Source: Massalongia carnosa (Eukaryota). Taken from it: a stretch of 64,000 nt of DNA. Each line of letters starts with the position of its first letter. Position 1 is the stretch's first letter. Where the stretch lies: contig OZ287083.1 of assembly GCA_965645245.1 (NCBI GenBank), positions 1,364,001-1,428,000 on the forward strand, written 5' to 3'. Below the pieces are notes generated by a model that was given only the letters and a program-made list of their open reading frames with translations, was not told the origin of the DNA and made no database searches. Both the position numbers and the translations under genes were made by a program. Positions 28,079 through 39,853 of the stretch are shown one piece after another.

Positions 28079-29084
28079 TTATTTCAGGGCGCGGAAGAGC
28101 TTTGGTGCGGCGCATTGGGAGGCGCAGTGGGAGAGGTGGAAGACTGGGGTGGGGGGAGGGGAGTGTTAGTCTGGCGTGGACTGGGGGTTTTGAGGTGAAA
28201 GTAATGGATTGGGAGATTGTTTCGTAAAAAATCTTACTCTCCCAAGTAGGAAGAACTGGAGTTTGGGTTCCTTATGACCACGAGTGACGAATCGATAAAC
28301 TTGGAAGAAAGAATGGTCGAAAGAACCATGGCTCAAACTTAAAGGTTGAGACTTACATTCCTCAACGCAGTCCTCTTTGGGCCCCTTGTGATCGGGATTT
28401 TCCTGCTGCTCTGTCACACGCTCGGCACACTCGTCGAAATGATGTTTTAACGGTGCGCATTGAGTGGTGCGGGCACATTCTAGATGTAATAAAGAGGAGG
28501 AACGGTTAGTGGAATTTGTAATAATGATGAGTGATGCTGAGAATTGATGGTAAGGGGATGAATAGGAGGAATTGGATTGCGCCGTTAAGACGGAAGAAGG
28601 GTAGATGGGAGAAAGGTGTATGAAAGGGGGAAAGAAAGGGAGAGCGAGGTGGAACGAGATGGCAAACAGTTGAACTCTCAGGCACTGAAAGCCAATGCTC
28701 TTCACGCTCGCTCGAACACTGCAGCGAAGCAGAGCTCTAAAAATTTGCCCCATACAAACACCAAGTTGGTAAAGCTCAAAATAAAAGCTACATACCTGCT
28801 TCCAGCTTCGGTTTAATATCTTCCACTTCTTCTTCTTCCTCCTCTTCCTCCTCCTCCTCCTCCTCCTCCTCCTCCTCTTCCTTCTCGCCCCCCTCTTCTG
28901 CCTCCTCCTCGGTCCCCTCCTCTCCCTTCTCCTCGTCTTCGTTTTCGCCGCCCTCACCCTTCTTTTCGCCCTCCTCCTCTAATTTTTCCTCTTCATCTGC
29001 TGGCTCAGGAGGCGGCGCTTCGGCATGCACGTCGGCGAAGGTAAGGGAGGAGTAGAGGTCTGCGAGTAGGTCGGTGAAGGTCAT
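28079..29084 (-). CDS. QCR6: Cytochrome bc1 complex subunit 6 (hinge protein)
   Basis: Glu-rich N-terminus, DIKPKLE..ECA..CAPLKHHFDECAERV...EDCVEE-FFHLSHCASQCAAPKLFRALK*. Exons 29084-28796, 28479-28357 and 28143-28079. Confidence 0.93.
28826..28880 (-). repeat. (GAG/GAA)n trinucleotide tract encoding the Qcr6 poly-Glu
   Basis: (TCC)n/(TCT)n run on the + strand inside QCR6 exon 1. Confidence 0.85.
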
Positions 29085-29257
29085 GGTCGCTGGGGGTTGG
29101 TTGGGTGAAAATACACGTGGGATGAGGTGGGATGAGGTAGGATAAATGGGCTAAGAATTAATCACGGGGAACCCTGGGGTCAGTGGAGTACAAATGGGCT
29201 CCTAGCTGAGTTGTGGGCAGGAGGACAATGAAATGCGGTGGAATTTTGGAGTGGGAA

Positions 29258-29277
29258 AATTGAAAGGATGTGATTGG
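29258..29277 (-). promoter_or_regulatory. CCAAT-N12-RWT bipartite CBC:HapX-type site upstream of QCR6
   Basis: Minus strand agCCAATcacatcctttcaATT, about 190 bp upstream of the QCR6 ATG. Confidence 0.45.
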
Positions 29278-29528
29278 CTTAGAACATAAACTTTTAGGTT
29301 CATTTAAAAGGATACAATCAACTCGGTTTTTTGCTTATGAAATCCAACTAAAGGTATCGTGATTTAAAAATTCGTCAACCGTTCCATTGAGTGTGGAAAA
29401 AAAACTCTGCACGAATCAGTTTAAATAATGGAGAAGCCCAGAGATTCCTCATAAAAAGTCCAAACCCCTTGCTCCTGGAGTATCTAACACGCCTATTCCC
29501 ATTGAAACGACTAATTTTAAAAATACAG

Positions 29529-30518
29529 CTAGTGCGATTGCCTAATGCTTTCTTCCAGATTGTCTGCTATGCTGCTTTGCTGTGCTTCGTCGTAACCTGG
29601 CGGAAGCTCATTTGGCGGAGGTAGCTGTCCCGACGACGTATTATTTACCTGTGTCTTTCGATCCCCTTGGATATCAGGGAAGATAGCTACGCCGCTATCG
29701 CTCGGCGCAGTTCGAGGAGCGCCCGTTGGTGATATCGGCGTAGGCCGTTGAATCTGCGTTATCGAAGTAGGTATAGACATACGTGCTGGAGCGCCAGCTC
29801 CAATTTCCTCGTACGCAGGTAACTGCTCGAGATCTACTGTTGATAGATCTACCGGTCGCCCACTCTCCCTCGCTACTTCGGACGCCTGCAGAAGCGTTTC
29901 TTTTATCCGCTCATATGTTGACGAAAAGTCAAAGGCCCCCCCTTCCTTAAATGTCATTTTGATCTTGACAAAAGCATGATGTGGTGGTATTCCACCTCCG
30001 GTCACCGGCTTAAGAAGACCAGTCCACACATTTGCGCCAAATAATGGCGCGGAGACGTGGGTATCTTGAAGATTTAGAATCGGAGCGGAGAAGGATTTGA
30101 GGTGAGGGGTGGGATCTGCGGGTAGATAAACCAGCTGTTACGACGTGTTCAGTTAGCGCTGGCAATGGGAACTTTGGCGTGGATGGAGCTCACCCGCTGG
30201 TTAGTGAGATAGGCTGTACCGCTACTTGAGTGTATAGCAAGAGGTTCTTTCCCGGGATACGAGTTTGGTGTTTCGAGTGCTAGGGTAGCCCGTGGAGGAG
30301 AGGTGTAGAGGATATATTCTCTGGGTAAAGGTACGAGTTTATGAGCATCATCAAGCATCACCCAGCTATTTTAGAGTGTCAGCAACTTGCCTTGCAAGAT
30401 CGGTCTCACGTGGAAAACGGAATCTAGGTTCCAGACGGGCGAAGAGTGAATGAACAGGGCGTAGGAGGTCAAATAGGAGCCGATGGGAGAAAATATTGGT
30501 TGCTCACTTGATAGACAT
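29529..30518 (-). CDS. WW-domain-binding protein 2-like (GRAM/PH-like N-terminus, PPxY-like C-terminus)
   Basis: MSIN|WVML start (intron 30366-30507), GTAYLTNQR|LVYLP, APLFGANVW, MTFKEGGAFDF, LPAYEE, LPPGYDE. Confidence 0.8.
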
Positions 30519-32150
30519 CTTGTAATCCCAAATCCCTTTGGGTTTCTCTGACTACGCGGAGACAAAAGCGGGTGATGGTCCAACTGCCGCCTGTCAGGAA
30601 ATCAGGAAATCAGGATCCAGTGTTCAGGGGTGGATGAGAGATTCGTTGTTCAAGGTAGTTATGGATGCTTTACGAACATCTAATAGGAGTAATAGCCGGA
30701 GGTCTTATGGAGGTGAAGGCGTAGGAGGCTATTGACACATTGTGCTTTTTGGCATCTCGTGGATTTAATAATTCTCATGCTATCACGGGTTTCTTCAAGG
30801 CTTGGCAGCTGATTAGATAAAGGATAACCAGCCGTTGCCAGCCACTTGGATTGATGATTAGCCCTTCTATATGCACCTAAAGTAAAGCTACTCTGGATCA
30901 TCCTGCTAACTTCATTACTCATTACAGGCAAGCAATTATCTACAGAAGCGTTAAAGCTCGACTCTTCTCGTCCTCAACAGTGTTTTTTTTTTCTGGGTCA
31001 CCGTCAAAATGACCGATCTCAAACCAGAGACGCACTGTGCAATTGATATGAATAGTCCGATCAAACGAGTTTTGCACATGCAAATGAACTCTGGAAGGAA
31101 CGATTGACTATCTACTACTACGTAGAGTGATACTTATGCCTGTCCACCACCTGTTCCAAAAGCCTCAATTCCCATCCCATAGGCCACCTTTTCCAATGCA
31201 AATGTTTTGACTTCATTAAAAATACGAATTCGTTAAACTCCATCTTAAAGAAGACAACAATCTTATCGTCGAGTATGCCAAGTAGCGACTGAGAGTAGTC
31301 GAGTAGAAGTTCATTGATCATGGTTAGAAGGAAATTGTAAACAAAGCAATCGCTACTTTCAACATAAAGAAATCCCACGGGTGGTCCTCTAAAAAGTGTC
31401 TTCGAGGACGGTTGTATTTAAAAGTTGGATTATGGAAACGACTATACGCATGCCCCTTTGCTCATTTCAGTAGGCATTGAACCACTTACCTACTTCTACG
31501 GCTCTCGAATAAGAGGCAGAAAGCCTGCAAATAATAGACGGGAGGGATGGCGCTGCTAGGAGAGAGACGGTTGAAGGACTTGGTTTCGAGTCATCGATCA
31601 ATATAATCCAAGTCGAGAGTCAGAGATCGACTGACAAGAGGGACAAAACTAGTAATAAGGAAGGAGTATGCAGATTAGACTTCTACGATATTGATTCGAT
31701 GGAAATATGGTGGGGATCGGATTCTAGGCTTGGAGTAGGAGCATCTTGCTTGCATTCCAAGGGGGAAGCTGGAGGGAGAGATTTGTTGGGAATGCCCTCC
31801 TAGAAAACACCATGGAGAGGGGGACGTACTGGAGAAACGGAAGTTATATAAGTTCTTTGTATGATGCAGCATCATCAAATCTATAATAGCATTCAAGATA
31901 AGTGTCTCGCCTGGCAACGTCATGGTGGGGTCTTTGGACCATTCACTCTCTCTAGGTGTGAGAAGTGCTCGCAAAGAATTCAGTAGAATAAACTTAAAAC
32001 GAAACTGGAGCAATATGAGAGTTCAGAGAGGAGATCAGAAGAGCCCTGTGCCTGATTGAATAGATCCCACGTTTTGTCTATCCCTTCAAGCTAATACCAA
32101 TGATTTACGGCTTCTAATAGAAGCGGATACCATATTCCCTGATAAAATCC

Positions 32151-33516
32151 TCACATTATGATAGCAGGTACTACTTTCATGTTAGCCTAGCTCGCCGCCG
32201 GAAGGCCCAACTGCAAACTTACCATCAACATTCTGCTTGATGGTCTTATGAGGCAAAATAGAACCACCATTTACATAAATCTCATCGCCGATCGTCACGT
32301 CGTCGCCTAGCACGGACACATTCTCGAGTCTGGCCCACTTTCCTATCGAGCTGTTCCATCCCACAATCGTAGATTTTACCCAGGCATGATCTTTAATTTT
32401 GCAGCCCGCTAGGAGAACGCTGCGTTGTAGGCGGACGCCATCGCCGATGACGACGTTTGGACCTATTGTTACGTTGGGCCCAATCCTGCAATTCTTTCCA
32501 ATTTTGGCCGAGGGGTCCACCAGCACGTTTCCGCCGTACACATAGGGGTTCGACGGCGAAGTAAGTTTCTTGGAGCCCTTCTTGGTGAGGGATGATAGGT
32601 AGAGGCAGGTACCAGTGAGAAAGTCTTTAGGCTGGCCAACGTCCATCCAGAAACCTTCAAGATCAAACGAGTGCAATTGTCCATCCTTGCAAATTGCTGG
32701 GAAAGTCTCTTGTTCGATGGATGTTGGTCGAAGCTCGATACGCTCCAGAACACTGGGATTAAGGATATAGATGCCAGCATTAATTCTATTGCCCACAAAC
32801 TCGACCGGCTTCTCGACAAATCTATCGATTCGTGAGGGATGGTTAGGCTTATGGACTATTACACCGTATTTCGAAGGCTCCTCGACTTTTGTAACCACAA
32901 TAGTTCCTTCCTCACCGTGTGATTTATGGAAGGCGGCAAGCTGTTGGAAGGGATAATCGCAGATGACATCAGAATTTAAGACAAAAAATGGGGAGTCATC
33001 TTTCCCGAGAGTCTTCTCGGCAAGTTTGAGCGGACCCGCTGTGCCGAGAGGCTCTGTCTCGACGGAGAACTCGATCTTGACATTATATAGTTTCTCATAC
33101 TATAACACGCCTAGTAAGCATCACGGACTATATACAATACTTTGAGCAAAGCTGCATGACTCACCTCTTTCAGTGCTGACGCCATAATATCTGGTCGATA
33201 GTTGACAGCTAAAACAATATCGGTCACACCAGCAGCTGCTAGACTTTCGACTTGATGGCGGATCATGGGGCTATTGGCAAACTCGACGAGTGGTTTGGGA
33301 AGAGTGAGAGTCTAACGGCAGTCAGGTTATTCACGTTTTTTTGCGCCTTTCGTCGTCCGAGCAGATTGTGCTGCTCCAAGGGATTTTCTCGAGATTGGGC
33401 CGTACCAAAGGTCGTAGCCGGGTGCCATACCCGCCGACGAGAATAAGCGCTATGAACATACTGATCAGTATTTGATCATGTCGAAGATTTGATAGGAATC
33501 AGTACTTACCCTTCAT
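32151..33516 (-). CDS. PSA1: Mannose-1-phosphate guanylyltransferase (GDP-mannose pyrophosphorylase)
   Basis: [55 protein letters not shown], hexapeptide repeats, ends VPAIIM*. Five exons: 33516-33510, 33449-33406, 33311-33165, 33099-32223, 32170-32151. Confidence 0.96.
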
Positions 33517-35789
33517 GTTGATTTGATCGTGTATTGACACGCAGGGAGAGCTCGATTTTGAGGAGCTCGGAGGGTTGTTTAAGAGTTTTTTCCAGGGACA
33601 CTCAATTCACTACAAATCTTTGAAGCTTTTAAGTTTTGGGATATGCAGCTTAAGGGAACGTGGGAAGATGTGAACGGATACTTGGAAAGCGAAGACGACT
33701 ACGTGGACGTGAGCATGGATGGACTTCGTAAAGATCTTCTGACAGAAACTCGTATTTTTGAGATCTAAAAATTGATTCACAAGCCGGCAGAATATCGGCA
33801 GAGAGACATGATCGGCAATACATTTCAGGGGTAATGAAGCTAACTGCCACTGACACGACAAGCACGTCCCCTAACTTGCTAGACCTTGATTGGACTACCT
33901 ACCTATCCTCCCTCGGCTTTAACTCCCTATGTTCGCTTCAGGCTTAGATTTCTTGGTTATACTCATATATCTTGTCGATTAAAAGATTCAAGGTCGAAAT
34001 ATTAGTTTCTTTGCAAGATATTTTTCTGACTGCAGAGCAACTTTCAGGCGTCCAGGATGTAATGGAAAAGGGGGCAAGTTGACTTTCGGATGGACGCACT
34101 AAGCTCGTATCGAGACACCCTGAAGGGTAGCTGTCCAATAGATCGAAGGTATTTTAGTTCTCAGCTAATTACCTATCAAGTTCTTCCAGTTGGGGCGATT
34201 GCTGAACCCCTGGGGAATCAATCCAACGAAAGACGACACGAAAAATGCGTGGAAGTGTAAGATGAATGAAAACAAAACGCAATAAAGGTTGACTTAGGTA
34301 ATATGTGCACATAGTTCTCGACCTGCATAATGGAGAGGACGATCAATCGTGCATAATCTCAAGGTAGTGTTTGCAGATTTCCATCTTGATTATATGTACT
34401 TTGTAGTACAAACTCATCTCCCCGGATCTCTGATGCTGAATACCAAACTATTCACCTCGTTACCATTTAAGTCCAATTTTAAAACTGGTTTTAGTGTCTC
34501 ATACATTTCGAAGGTCAATGGCGCGAATGCCTTTGTGTGACTCAAGGAGATTAGGATATCCTATTCCTAACCCTCCATTGGATTTATTGGAGCTAAGATA
34601 GGCCTCAGCGTTCAAATCCACACAGCTAGCCATATTAGTGGTTCAAGGGATATCTTTGGCCATTGTTAAGTGGAAAGTAATTTGTTGCATGTGTAGCCTT
34701 GAGGAAAGACATACTCGACAAACCTAAGTCCAACCTATCCTGCATTGTACACAAATCAACAATTCGAGCTGGATATCTGTTGAAAGTTGGAGCAGGGCAG
34801 CGGCTGAGGATTAGAGCTAGGCAAGCAATAAATATCATCGAAGGCTCATGCATGGTTTCCCTGGTACCTAGGCTTCCTCAAGCTCGATCATACTGTCGAG
34901 AACGTTTTCTTTCCAAATTCAGTTTCAATAGATTGAATATTTGCAAGCATCTCCTACCTCATGTCACCTAGGCCGTTCCTACTACTCCTAGATTTCCATA
35001 GGTCCCTATTCCTACCGATCATCTCACAGGTGACGCCGTTGCACCTATCTGCTCCACCTTGGACCTCATGAGGTGGAGGCCATGCTGAATATTAGGCAAA
35101 TCTTTTATGCAATGATCAGGGCTTTTTGGCTCGAGTAGATGTCCCTGATGTAGACCACATATTATATAGGAACAGTCCTGCTTACGCCATCGCTGTATAC
35201 TAAGAGACACTTTCCAAAAGAGAAGCATCCGTAATCTATTTTACTGATGGGACGCCTCGAAGGCTCCCTTCGCGTGACGTTATTCGCATTTCAATGTTCG
35301 CGCGCAGATACTGTAACTTCACCACTCACAAAGTTGCCTCCCTGTCAATTTGACCGCTGGTACCGAGAGAACACGATCGCAAGGTGTTCGCAGGATACAG
35401 CGACTGGAAGAGATGCTATAGAAAGAAGATAAATAGACGACTTGAGATCTCGTTGCGAATGATAAAATCCCAAGATGAAAATATGCAGAGAAGGTGGTTA
35501 AACACAGAATGTCAATATGGTTGATCCCTTCAAGTCATGACTGGCCAATCAATTTTTACATTGCCGTTGTCGGCGAGTCTCAAAACGCGTCAATTAGATG
35601 GATGAATATGAAAAAAAAACTGATTCTGAGTGGGATCAAAGTGCAGTGGACCAATCAGATGTAATTTCTCAGTACTTTGTGTTGATGGATTACTTAGTGT
35701 TGGTAGAATCGCGAGTATAACTACTCCTTCCTTTCCTTTTCCTTTCCAACCTTTCCTTCTCCTCTCCAACCCACATACATACACTCATC

Positions 35790-36030
35790 ATACTTCCAAA
35801 CTTTCAAACCTCCAGAACTCCAGACTTGCTTACTTCCAGATTTACTTGCTTCCAGATTCACCTATTACCAGACCTACCTGCTCCCATGCTTCCAGACTCC
35901 TAGACCTACTCACTTCCAACCTCACTTCTAGACTCACCTATTTCCAGACTTACTTCCAGACTTACCTGCCCCTATGCTTCCAGACTCCTAGTCCTACTCA
36001 CTTTCAACCTTACTTTCAGACTTACCTTTT
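35790..36030. repeat. Degenerate CTTCCAGAC-type tandem array with an 88-bp higher-order duplication
   Basis: Recurrent ACTTCCAGAC/ACTTACC units. 35868-35939 and 35956-36027 are near-identical copies. Ends about 90 bp upstream of the EAF3 ATG. Confidence 0.8.
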
Positions 36031-36115
36031 CATTCATCTTTGAATATCCATTTCCATCGGCCGGTCTGAGTTCTTACTGCACAATCTCATTACCATAATC
36101 CAAACCTAACTCGTC

Positions 36116-38313
36116 ATGGCTCCTCCTAATCAGCAAGCATATGCAAAGGACGAGCGAGTGTTGTGCTTTCATCACGAGCTACTTTATGAAGCTAAAGTAT
36201 TGGAATCGAAGCTTTCGGATCCTAATGATAAGAAAAGCCCTCCTCAGTATCGCGTGCATTATAAAGGATGGAAGAATACGTAAGTGAAACTTCTCCTTCT
36301 CTATATCCAGCTTTCAGAACGGTTTGAACGTGTAGGCTGTTCTGCAAGGTTAGATGTTTTGACTTATTTTCTACGTGTAAATGCCTACTGTTCATTCTAA
36401 ACGTTGCCTTTCCTTTCCTTCCCATGCCATGTTGTTGGGAGATATAACGTTGCGCTCTCTATATCTCCCTTATTCTCATCCTCGCCTCTTTATTTCCATC
36501 ACTTTAGATGACTCGACCAACTATTTGCTGTTACGTATTTTACAAGAGCTGACGCTCCACTAACATCAGATGGGATGACTGGGTGCCACAAGACCGTCTT
36601 CGCAAACTCACCGACGAAAATATAGAGCTTGCTCGAAATCTAAAGAAAGAAATGGACCTTGTTACTAAACGCACAGCTAGCAAACCAATCACCGCCTCAT
36701 CTAAGAAGAAAGCTGCAGGCTCCGATCTCAGCTCCACCCGCGGCAGCGAAGAACGTCATTCATCAGTACCAGCTACCGGGCGAGGACAAAAGCGCGGCAG
36801 GGATTTCGAGATCGAGAAGGTTGGTGATGCTTTCTCTCCTTTAGGAGCATCTCCCGCAGCCGGCGGGAGATCATTTTTGGACTTCTCTCGGGAGTCTTCA
36901 CCTGACTTGCCAGGATTTCCATCCCCTCCTCCCTCCAAACGCCTCCGAAGAACGCCCTCTCCTGTCCACAACTCAGCAGAGAGCGGCAATGACAAGCCTG
37001 CAAGGGAGAACTTATCTCCCGAGCATGGAGCCGCTTCTCTTGCTCACTTCCCCCCCCCTCTTTCTCCCTTCTCTCCCCCCCCACCTTCCTCTCCGCTTCG
37101 GGGCAACTCAACTAGTTTGAGCTCTGCCCAACTCTCTCCCGCAAAACGCCCCCAAAAAGTACCGGCTGCAGTGGGCGGGCTCCGCCGTGGCCGGAGTGGG
37201 GGTCTCCCAAAGCCAGACGAAGCACCAGCCCTGGAGCCCTGGCGCGCGACAAAACCAACCAGGGCCTCATACAACGCCAAGCCGGTCTACCAGACCGGAG
37301 GCCTGGTCAACCAGATGAGGCTGGAACCTGAATGGGCCGCGCTAAAGTATAACCCTTGGGTGGAGGACAACCACCCAAAGATTCATTGGCTCAACGCCAA
37401 CGATGCAGGGAACCGCCCCAAGCGGAACTTTTACCGGGACACAGATCCCAACCAGGTGCTCATGATCGCGGGAGTGCCTTTGGATGAGAGCCTGGGCCTT
37501 GGCCCATCCAAAGTGCCTCCCGTTGAAGCAGCCCCCTACCTGGCTCCCAGCAACGCACCCGTTGACCCCTCCACGGAGGAAACTCGTCCCGGAAATTCCC
37601 CTGTTAACTTGACCCCATCACAGGAGGAAGCCTTCCACTCGCGCCCCTCGGTTCGTATCGTCGTACCCGACCACCTAAAGTCCATCCTCGTCGACGATTG
37701 GGAAAACGTAACCAAGAACCTTTCCCTCGTACCCCTCCCCTCGGCCCACCCCGTCAACGAGATCATGAACACCTACTTCGAGGAAGAGAAGGGGAAGCGC
37801 CGTCTCGGGTCTGCAGAAGCTGATTTGCTTGAAGAAGTTGTCGCCGGCGTAAAAGAATATTTCGATAAATGCTTGGGTCGTATCTTGCTTTATCGGTTTG
37901 AGCGCGAGCAGTACTTCGAGATCCGTCAATTGTGGGAAGCAGCAACAGGAGAATGGGAAGGTAAGGGCGCAGGAGATGTTTACGGCGCAGAGCATTTATG
38001 CAGATTGTTTGGTAAGCCTTGTCTTCCTCTCTTTCTTCACAATCTTCCCCATGCCATCCCTAGCCTCTTCTCCCACCACAGTAATAAACCCAAACCATGC
38101 TAATCTGCTAACTTCCATCGTCTCCACCCCGCGCTAACAGTGTCAATGCCCGAGCTCATCGCCCAAACGAACATGGACCAGCAATCCGTCAACCGGCTAC
38201 GCGAAGAACTCGCTAAGCTAACGCAGTGGCTCGGCAAGAACTCGGCCCGCTTCTTCACGTCAGAGTACGAGGCCGCCACCCAGGATTACATCGAGAAGGC
38301 AAGGGGCGTCTAG
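36116..38313 (+). CDS. EAF3: Eaf3/MRG15 chromodomain-MRG protein (NuA4 and Rpd3S subunit)
   Basis: Chromodomain ERVLCFHHELLYEAKV...YRVHYKGWKNT|WDDWVPQDRLRK; MRG domain PDHLKSILVDDWENVTKN...LLYRFER..VYGAEHLCRLF|VSMPELIAQTNMD. Introns 36280-36569 and 38012-38140, plus an optional in-frame intron 36820-37623. Confidence 0.95.
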
Positions 38314-38591
38314 GTGCTTGATTTTCTACTTAAGGAGAGCAAGACACTCGATGGGTGAGATTTGATACTGAGGGGAGGGATTGAGCAGGCGACCCATAGA
38401 AGAGAGAGAATTGTTTTTCAAGGTGTTTGAAGCATATTTACATTACGAACCGGCTGGTAGGTCATATCATATACCTTCAGATCCCATATTGTCCCTTTTA
38501 GCAGCCGCTCAACAGCCATTTCTCCTTTCCCGAATCCTCGACCCTCGTCATTTCCATTCCCAAATACCGAAACAGCTCCAGATTATCAATC

Positions 38592-38890
38592 CTTGATTCG
38601 AGTTCTCGGTCGATCACCTAACTATCCACCACACCATAGCAGCCATATTTTCCTCGATACAGACGAACAGTTCATCGCCTTTACATTACATCACAAGATC
38701 CATATCTTCTTTCGACACGAATAGATAGTTGGTCGCTTATAGATTCCGTCACGGCATCTGCTTCTACTCTCGATATGGACGAATGGTCAGTCGGCTTTGC
38801 ACCACATCGTAACATCCATTTCTTCTCTCCATACAAACCGACGGTCGATCGCCTTCACATTACATCACAATACCTGTTTCTTTTCTCAGC
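38592..38890. repeat. Degenerate 58-bp tandem minisatellite (about 5 copies)
   Basis: Unit starts at 38653, 38711, 38769, 38827 and 38885 (exact 58-bp spacing). The core ATCGCCTTyACATTACATCACAA occurs in two copies. Confidence 0.75.
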
Positions 38891-39853
38891 TTAAATGAAG
38901 CTAGCGGCACTCATTCATCCATCAACCATCATCCGTCGAAGAAGTATACCCACGTTCGGCTGTTGCTTGTGGCTTATCTATTAAGATTTTCTCAGTGTGC
39001 ATTGCTGGAAGGTTAAGAGGAAAAGAAAAGCAAGGGAACTAAAGAGGGGAGGTGCATGCATGCAGCTATGAACGCAGAGCTTTCAAGCATATCGACGTCA
39101 CTCTGGAAAAAAGGCAGCGACTTTTCGGAAGCAGAGCTTTATTTTTTCTACGCGCATTTCTTAGTTTCGGTTTTGGTTTGGGGGGTTTAGCCATTTCTAC
39201 GTCAACCAAGAAGAAGATAGCACTTTATTAGACTCAAACCTCGTTTTTAACTCTCTTGTTTTTCATACATGTTTCGGTGTTTGGTTCGGGTTTTCAATTT
39301 CGGGTTTCTCGAGTTAAGTTTGGGCTTTCGGTATTCGGTTTTCGGTTTCATATGAACATGGCAGGCCCATTCAGACCAACTGTATCAAACAAGCCAGATC
39401 CTCTAGTATGCTAAATCTTCATCGAACCGCGACCTATCTCTCTCTATATATCTAGACGGATGGACGTAGACAGCCACGGTAGACATGCAAGCCCACAAAA
39501 TATCTAGATATCAACCCACGCTTTGTGTCCAGGTATACCAAAAAGCCGAGATTGATCGAGCGATTCCCTTGCCGTACATTCAGGGTGCAAAGGTATCTAT
39601 GCAGGTCGACAGACAGAAGCCCCGGGATGCATGCATGTGGACACCCACTCTACCTTAATCCCACCGAAGTAATTCTCACGTCCCCCCAACATCCCCAACT
39701 GGCCCCGCCTAGAAGTGCCCTACTTGTGTCAATCCCGGTGGCTGCTAGGAAGGGAATAGGGAAACAAAGGACGAAAGCAAAGAGAAGGGATTGCGAAGGG
39801 TCAGTGAGCGATCGGTGAAGTGATTGCCACCCCCCCACCCCTTTCCACGGCTC

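Noticed and set aside
28166..28957. 263-aa Arg-rich ORF
   Set aside because: Out-of-frame read of the QCR6 poly-Glu exon plus introns.
31118..31378. 86-aa ORF between the WBP2-like gene and PSA1
   Set aside because: GTG start, no recognisable motif and no splice support.
34585..34625. GTTCAAATCC B-box-like word, possible tRNA
   Set aside because: No cloverleaf can be built around it.
38011..38140. Possible [D1,2] stwintron in EAF3 (G|GTAAGC...CAG|TAATAA)
   Set aside because: Two-step splicing would shift the frame, a single intron gives the conserved LFVSMPE, and the inner intron has no branch point.
38592..38890. CRISPR-like interpretation of the 58-bp array
   Set aside because: The context is eukaryotic, units diverge along their whole length with no repeat/spacer partition, and there are no cas genes.
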